This document shows, piece by piece, positions 59,389 to 64,000 of a stretch of 64,000 nt of DNA (positions within the stretch are counted from its first letter, which is position 1; each line of letters starts with the position of its first letter). The stretch is from Oscillospiraceae bacterium. GTDB taxonomy: Bacteria; Bacillota_I; Bacilli_A; Erysipelotrichales; Erysipelotrichaceae. The notes beneath the pieces were generated by a model. The model saw nothing but the letters and a program-made list of their open reading frames with translations, had not been told where the DNA came from and ran no database searches. The stretch spans positions 16,806 through 80,805 of the forward strand of contig CAVKAO010000002.1 of NCBI GenBank assembly GCA_963654705.1, given 5' to 3'. Made by a program: the position numbers and the translations under genes.

Positions 59389-59490
59389 TTAATCTTCCTT
59401 ATTCTTCCTTTTCTTACCATAACGGTTAGTTGATACAAGAAGTGCTAAGAAAGCAAGTGCAGCACCTATTAGAACGAATAATTTCTTCAT
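59389..59490 (-). CDS. 33-aa single-TM peptide MKKLFVLIGAALAFLALLVSTNRYGKKRKNKED
   Basis: I trimmed the track ORF to the ATG after an AAGGAG SD. Its stop lies 2 nt before the PASTA gene ATG. Confidence 0.5.
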   Translation of the reverse strand: MKKLFVLIGAALAFLALLVSTNRYGKKRKNKED

Positions 59491-59507
59491 AATAAAAATC
59501 TCCTTAT

Positions 59508-59525
59508 CTGTATTAACTGTATTAA
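59508..59525. repeat. perfect tandem 9-nt repeat (minus strand TTAATACAG x2) abutting the operon -10
   Basis: Read directly from the sequence. A 14-nt copy TAATACAGTTAATA recurs at 59673-59660. Confidence 0.9.
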
Positions 59526-59553
59526 TTGTACTATTCACTTTCACTATAGTCAA
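59525..59553 (-). promoter_or_regulatory. promoter TTGACT-17 nt-TACAAT of the small-peptide/PASTA/ABC operon
   Basis: Hexamers at 59553-59548 and 59530-59525 on the minus strand. Confidence 0.6.
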
Positions 59554-59874
59554 CAAAATGATTTTAGCTTTTAAAAAACACATTAATAAGCCTTAAAAAG
59601 GGCTTTTCTACAGTATTTAAGGGAACAAGACATAAATCTTTTTTGATTAATACAAAAGATATTAACTGTATTAGTCATAAATATCTTAATTAACATGAAT
59701 GCTGTAAGCATATAAATAGCTATTTTAAACTAAATACAAGTATTGCTAAATTAGATTAATTTAAATATTTGACCAATAAAAAAGTCATTATTTATCATGT
59801 TATTTGATAATAATGGCAGATTTTTAGCGTCTTTAATTAGTAGATAAAAAATGATATACCTAATTCTTTTCAAT

Positions 59875-60735
59875 CTATTTAATTTCACTTTTATTATTTA
59901 ATAGTTCGCTTACAATAGCTGAACCTAGTATTAATATAGCTCCTAGGATAGTATAAATATCCATGCTTTCTTTTAAAAATAAGGCACCAATCAATACCGA
60001 CATAACTGGTTCTACATAACCAATAATCGCAATCTTTATAGGGCTTAATGTCTTAATGGAATCAAAGTATAAACAATAGGCATAGCCAGTATGAATTATT
60101 CCTAACATCAATAGGATTGATATTGTTTTTAAGTCATAGGAAATTAAATAGCTCTTATTAATCAAAACAAGAGGAAGACATGTACAAGATGATACAAACA
60201 ATTGCACCAATGTCTTATCATAGGCCCCAATATTATCTAGTTTCTTATTCATAAACACTAATGTAATAAAACCAATTGATCCTAAAAGTCCAAATATTAG
60301 TCCTCTTATGTCATTACTAGTTCCTGTTAATACACCAGATAAAAAGATTATGCCCACAAAAGAGGCAACTATACACATCAATTGTTTAAAAGGAATCTTT
60401 TGTTTATATAAAATGGCCGAAATAACAATTATGGAAATAGGTGCTGTGTAGTTACCCAAAGAGGCAAGAGATACAGCATATTTATAACCAATAAATAAAA
60501 AAGTTTCATTCAAACCAAGCGCCAAGCCAGAGATAATTAAGTACTTCAAATTGCGTCTAATGCCTTCTATATCTAGTTTTTGTTTTCTAATAGCTAATAA
60601 GCACAAAATAAACAAAGAGCCAAACAAACCTCTACAAAAGACTACAAACTCACTATTAACATTTATAAAAGCTAAAAAGAACCCTAAGGTTCCATATAAA
60701 AAGACAGAAATAAAATACTTTAAAGAATCACTCAT
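59875..60735 (-). CDS. EamA/DMT-family transporter
   Basis: 286 aa with 10 TM helices in two EamA-like halves. The start lies 2 nt after the PII-like gene stop. Confidence 0.75.
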   Translation of the reverse strand: MSDSLKYFISVFLYGTLGFFLAFINVNSEFVVFCRGLFGSLFILCLLAIRKQKLDIEGIRRNLKYLIISGLALGLNETFLFIGYKYAVSLASLGNYTAPISIIVISAILYKQKIPFKQLMCIVASFVGIIFLSGVLTGTSNDIRGLIFGLLGSIGFITLVFMNKKLDNIGAYDKTLVQLFVSSCTCLPLVLINKSYLISYDLKTISILLMLGIIHTGYAYCLYFDSIKTLSPIKIAIIGYVEPVMSVLIGALFLKESMDIYTILGAILILGSAIVSELLNNKSEIK

Positions 60736-60737
60736 AA

Positions 60738-61403
60738 TTATTCATCGTGAAGCTTAAAGCCTGCCACATCATCTACTGGCATAGAGAAACATACAACGCC
60801 CGCTTCTTTTCTTGTAGCCATAATTGAACTCATGATATTATCTTTTTCCTTGTTTGTACAAACAATCAAAATAATCTCTTTTTCCGAAACTAGTGTCATT
60901 CCCATAAATTGTTGAGCATCTCTTTTACCCATGCCCTTACCATGAAGGACCGTGCCACCACGAGCACCAGCTTTTTTAGCAGCAGCCACGATTTCTGCAT
61001 TATAACCATAATTGGCAACTGTAACGATTAATTCATGTTTAGTTTCCTTCATATTTGTATCCTTTTCTCTTTCATATTCTTGACCACTAATTAAAAAGTT
61101 TAAAGCTTTTTTGCCACCCACACTATTCAAAGGAACTGTATAACAAATTCCGCTACCGGGTCTATCAACATGCAATTCTTTTTCTAGACCCTTTTTTACT
61201 TTTTTCCATGTACTTTCGGTAACAATTGTGCAATGGATGGTTTTTTCATCGTCCTCTAAGCCTAAATAATCAAGCACATTATAAGCAGCAGTACCTCTTC
61301 CATAATTGATAGTACCAACAATCAGATTATGTTCCTTATAGAAATCTAGGTACATTTTTAATTTCTTACGAGAACAAATGGTAAATAATAAATACGTTTC
61401 CAT
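60738..61403 (-). CDS. tandem PII-like (GlnB-fold) signalling protein
   Basis: 221 aa in two ferredoxin-like halves. The second half (ELIVTVANYGYNAEIVAAAKKAGARGGTVLHGKGMG...) looks like PII-family proteins that accompany DUF1538 genes. Confidence 0.6.
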   Translation of the reverse strand: METYLLFTICSRKKLKMYLDFYKEHNLIVGTINYGRGTAAYNVLDYLGLEDDEKTIHCTIVTESTWKKVKKGLEKELHVDRPGSGICYTVPLNSVGGKKALNFLISGQEYEREKDTNMKETKHELIVTVANYGYNAEIVAAAKKAGARGGTVLHGKGMGKRDAQQFMGMTLVSEKEIILIVCTNKEKDNIMSSIMATRKEAGVVCFSMPVDDVAGFKLHDE

Positions 61404-61411
61404 AAAGACTC

Positions 61412-62971
61412 CTATAGTTTTACAATATCATCATCACTTAAGTCAGCGAACATCTCAAGAATAGTTTGGGTAGTTTGTTCATTACCTTTTTTAAGCTTAA
61501 TCTTATAAATTACGCCAAGTATTTGAATCGCAATAAGCGGTGTCATCGCAACCAAAGCCACCACACCAAAGCCATCTGAAGCATTCTTACCCAAAGCCAA
61601 ACAAGCACCTTGGGCTAAAGGAAGCAAGAATGTGGCCGTCATTGGACCAGAAGCTACACCACCAGAGTCAAAGGCAATTGCTGTAAAGATATTTGGTACA
61701 AAAAAGCTTAACCCAATAGCCAAGGCATAGCCAGGGATTAAAATATAGAAAATTGGAATATTATATAAAAGTCTAAGCATTGCCAAAGCAATAGAACCTG
61801 CAACACCAAATGATAAGCTTGTAAGCATAGCATTGCCAGAAATATTGCCATTTGTAAGTGATTCAACTTGTTTCATTAAAACATATACAGCTGGTTCTGC
61901 CCTAACAATCATATAGCCCATAACAGCACCAACTACCACTAATAATTCTTTAAATTGTAGTGATGCCAAGGCATGACCTATATAATTACCAGTTCTAATA
62001 AAACCAACATTAGCGCCTGTCATAAAAATAACCAAACCAACATAGGTATATAGTAGACCAATCGCAATCTTTACATGCGCTGCCTTATTTATCTTTAAGA
62101 AAATAAGTTGTGATATTTCAAAGAAAATAAGGATTGGAAGTAAAGAAATAGCCATATCCTTTATATATTCAGGAAGTGAATGTAAAAACAATCTGCTAAG
62201 TTCAATAGAATTTGTAACATCTGATTCCATAGCTACTTCAACAGTTGAACTTGTATTAAATATTAAGCCTAAAATCAATACAGCTAAAACTGGCCCAACT
62301 GAACATAAGGCTACAAGGCCAAAGCTATCATCATCGGCAGCCGCATCATTTCTTATTGAAGAAATACCAACACCAAGTGCCATGATAAATGGAACAGTCA
62401 TAGGCCCAGTTGTAACACCACCTGAATCAAAGGCTACACCAATAAAATCACTAGGCACAAAGAAAGCTACCGCAAATAATCCAACATAACAAATTATTAA
62501 TAGTTTTCTAAGAGAAATACCAAGAATTATTCTAAGTAAAGCCACAACCAAGAAAATGCCTACACCAATACCCACTGTAACAATAAGCGTTACGCTAGGA
62601 ATTGAAGAAACTTGGGTCGCAAGAACTTGTAAATCTGGCTCCGATACCGTTACAAGTAAGCCTAATATGAAACCACAAATAATGATAAGTGGCATCTTTT
62701 TAGTTTTAACAAGACTTGCACCAATAGTCTCACCCATCTTAGACATCGACATATCAGCACCAATGTTAAACAAAATCATTCCAACTATTACAAAAATAGA
62801 TCCAACCACAAACTCCAACAATATACCAGAGGGGATAGGAATGATTGTAAATCCTAATAACAACACTAATAGCACAATAGGCAACACCGCATTTAGCGAT
62901 TCCCTATTTTTTTCAGCGATTTTTTCAAAAAGTAAATCTTTTTGTTGTAAAAATTGTCTTTTAAGTTCCAA
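61412..62971 (-). CDS. DUF1538-family membrane protein (internally duplicated)
   Basis: 519 aa. The two homologous halves each carry FDSGGV(T/A)(T/S)GPMT (GVAFDSGGVTTGPMTVPF and AIAFDSGGVASGPMTATF). TTG start after a TAGGAG SD. Confidence 0.6.
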   Translation of the reverse strand: MELKRQFLQQKDLLFEKIAEKNRESLNAVLPIVLLVLLLGFTIIPIPSGILLEFVVGSIFVIVGMILFNIGADMSMSKMGETIGASLVKTKKMPLIIICGFILGLLVTVSEPDLQVLATQVSSIPSVTLIVTVGIGVGIFLVVALLRIILGISLRKLLIICYVGLFAVAFFVPSDFIGVAFDSGGVTTGPMTVPFIMALGVGISSIRNDAAADDDSFGLVALCSVGPVLAVLILGLIFNTSSTVEVAMESDVTNSIELSRLFLHSLPEYIKDMAISLLPILIFFEISQLIFLKINKAAHVKIAIGLLYTYVGLVIFMTGANVGFIRTGNYIGHALASLQFKELLVVVGAVMGYMIVRAEPAVYVLMKQVESLTNGNISGNAMLTSLSFGVAGSIALAMLRLLYNIPIFYILIPGYALAIGLSFFVPNIFTAIAFDSGGVASGPMTATFLLPLAQGACLALGKNASDGFGVVALVAMTPLIAIQILGVIYKIKLKKGNEQTTQTILEMFADLSDDDIVKL

Positions 62972-63029
62972 AATAAGCTCCTATAGTGAAGATTATAACT
63001 TGTTAAAAGAATTATTTTCAAGCTAAAAA

Positions 63030-63053
63030 AACCAGAATTACATCATTCTGGTT
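63030..63053 (-). terminator. intrinsic terminator after udp
   Basis: Minus strand reads AACCAGAAT-GATGTA-ATTCTGGTT followed by a T-run. Confidence 0.8.
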
Positions 63054-63077
63054 ATATTGTCTAAATTTAGTTTAAAT

Positions 63078-63854
63078 CTACTTTTTATCAGCTTCAATCA
63101 ATATTTTAAGAGCCTCAATGCCAACACAAATTGCACCCTCAGTATCGTGAACTTGCGGATTATCTAGTCCAGCTAAAGCTCTTTCTTGATTAGCAACCGT
63201 CAAGAAGCAACTTCCACATCTTACCTTTCTTGCGGCAGCACAAACAAATAAGGCAGCTGACTCCATTTCACTAGCCAAAGTATGAAGCATTTTCCAAGCA
63301 TTCCACTTATTAATTAGTTCATAGCTAACAGGCATCTTTTCAGGCTCATGTTGACCAAAGAAAGCATCTTTACATTGCACTACACCAACATGTTTTGTAT
63401 AACCAAGATTATCTGCAGCCTTAGATAAGGCATTTGTTACATCAAAATCCGCTACAGCTGGAAATTCAATAGGAGCATACTCTTTAGAAGTTCCCTCCAT
63501 TCTTATTGCGCCAGAGGCAATAACAATATCGCCACCTTTAACATCAAGTTCAATACCACCACAAGTACCAACTCTTATAAAAGTATCAGCTCCACATTTT
63601 ACAAGTTCTTCCATCGCAATTGAAGCACTAGCACCACCAATGCCTGTCGAAGTAACTGAAACCTTTTCACCATTTAAATAACCAGTATAAGTTACATATT
63701 CTCTAGAATCCGCAATAAGTTTTGCATCATCAAAGTGTTTAGCAATCTTGGCACATCTTTTTGGATCGCCTGGCAAAATTACATACCTACCTACATCACC
63801 AGGGCCAACGGCTGTATGATATTGTTTTCCTGAACCTTCTGTGTAATCAATCAT
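63078..63854 (-). CDS. udp: uridine phosphorylase (PNP_UDP_1 family)
   Basis: 258 aa with [23 protein letters not shown] and EMESAAL motifs. Confidence 0.8.
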   Translation of the reverse strand: MIDYTEGSGKQYHTAVGPGDVGRYVILPGDPKRCAKIAKHFDDAKLIADSREYVTYTGYLNGEKVSVTSTGIGGASASIAMEELVKCGADTFIRVGTCGGIELDVKGGDIVIASGAIRMEGTSKEYAPIEFPAVADFDVTNALSKAADNLGYTKHVGVVQCKDAFFGQHEPEKMPVSYELINKWNAWKMLHTLASEMESAALFVCAAARKVRCGSCFLTVANQERALAGLDNPQVHDTEGAICVGIEALKILIEADKK

Positions 63855-63884
63855 ATTGTTTTTAATTCTCCTTTTAATACACTC

Positions 63885-64000
63885 TTATTTTACATTATTG
63901 TTATGCTCATCACCCATGTTCTTATCATCATTATGAGCAAACAGGTTAGTTATGATAAACCAAATAATGGTTGCTACAATAGCCAAAGGCCAACCAGATG
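63885..64000 (-). CDS. C-terminal end of an unidentified membrane protein (5' part outside the window)
   Basis: My own translation gives ..SGWPLAIVATIIWFIITNLFAHNDDKNMGDEHNNNVK then a stop. It lies directly upstream of udp and may be a transporter. Confidence 0.4.
   Translation of the reverse strand, partial: SGWPLAIVATIIWFIITNLFAHNDDKNMGDEHNNNVK

Overview
This is a 64-kb chromosomal segment from a low-GC bacterium (roughly 30% GC by eye, not computed). It looks like a cell-walled Bacillota: sortase, PASTA and LD-carboxypeptidase genes are present. TGA acts as a stop, so the standard bacterial code applies. I call about 65 protein genes, more than 80% of them on the minus strand, plus one tRNA-His. 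I saw no rRNA, CRISPR array, transposase or integrase.

Most of the content is housekeeping:
- glpK (partial), the ecfA1-ecfA2-ecfT-truA module, fba, obg and rplU-prp-rpmA
- a pckA / Na+-oxaloacetate decarboxylase / birA operon next to bioY
- dnaE, copA-csoR-ispG, cysK-cysE, nfnAB and fhs-fchA-folD
- azlCD and udp

Accessory-looking content:
- a 1792-aa repeat-rich surface protein
- an ankyrin-repeat gene coupled to a degenerate EF-G paralog
- an HdiR/UmuC/YolD SOS-type cassette next to the tRNA-His
- a solo hicB
- a kinase-less PASTA protein leading a permuted ytr-like ABC/GntR cluster
- a DUF1538 / tandem-PII / EamA operon

The strongest novel signal is non-coding. The cysK leader encodes an 18-codon peptide with four consecutive Cys codons. 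It has three mutually exclusive helices arranged like a classic trp-type attenuator, which is unexpected for this lineage.

A second recurring signal is TATAAT-like hexamers 6-7 nt upstream of ATG starts that lack a Shine-Dalgarno sequence, which suggests leaderless mRNAs.

All protein calls rest on motif recognition by eye. No database or HMM search was possible.
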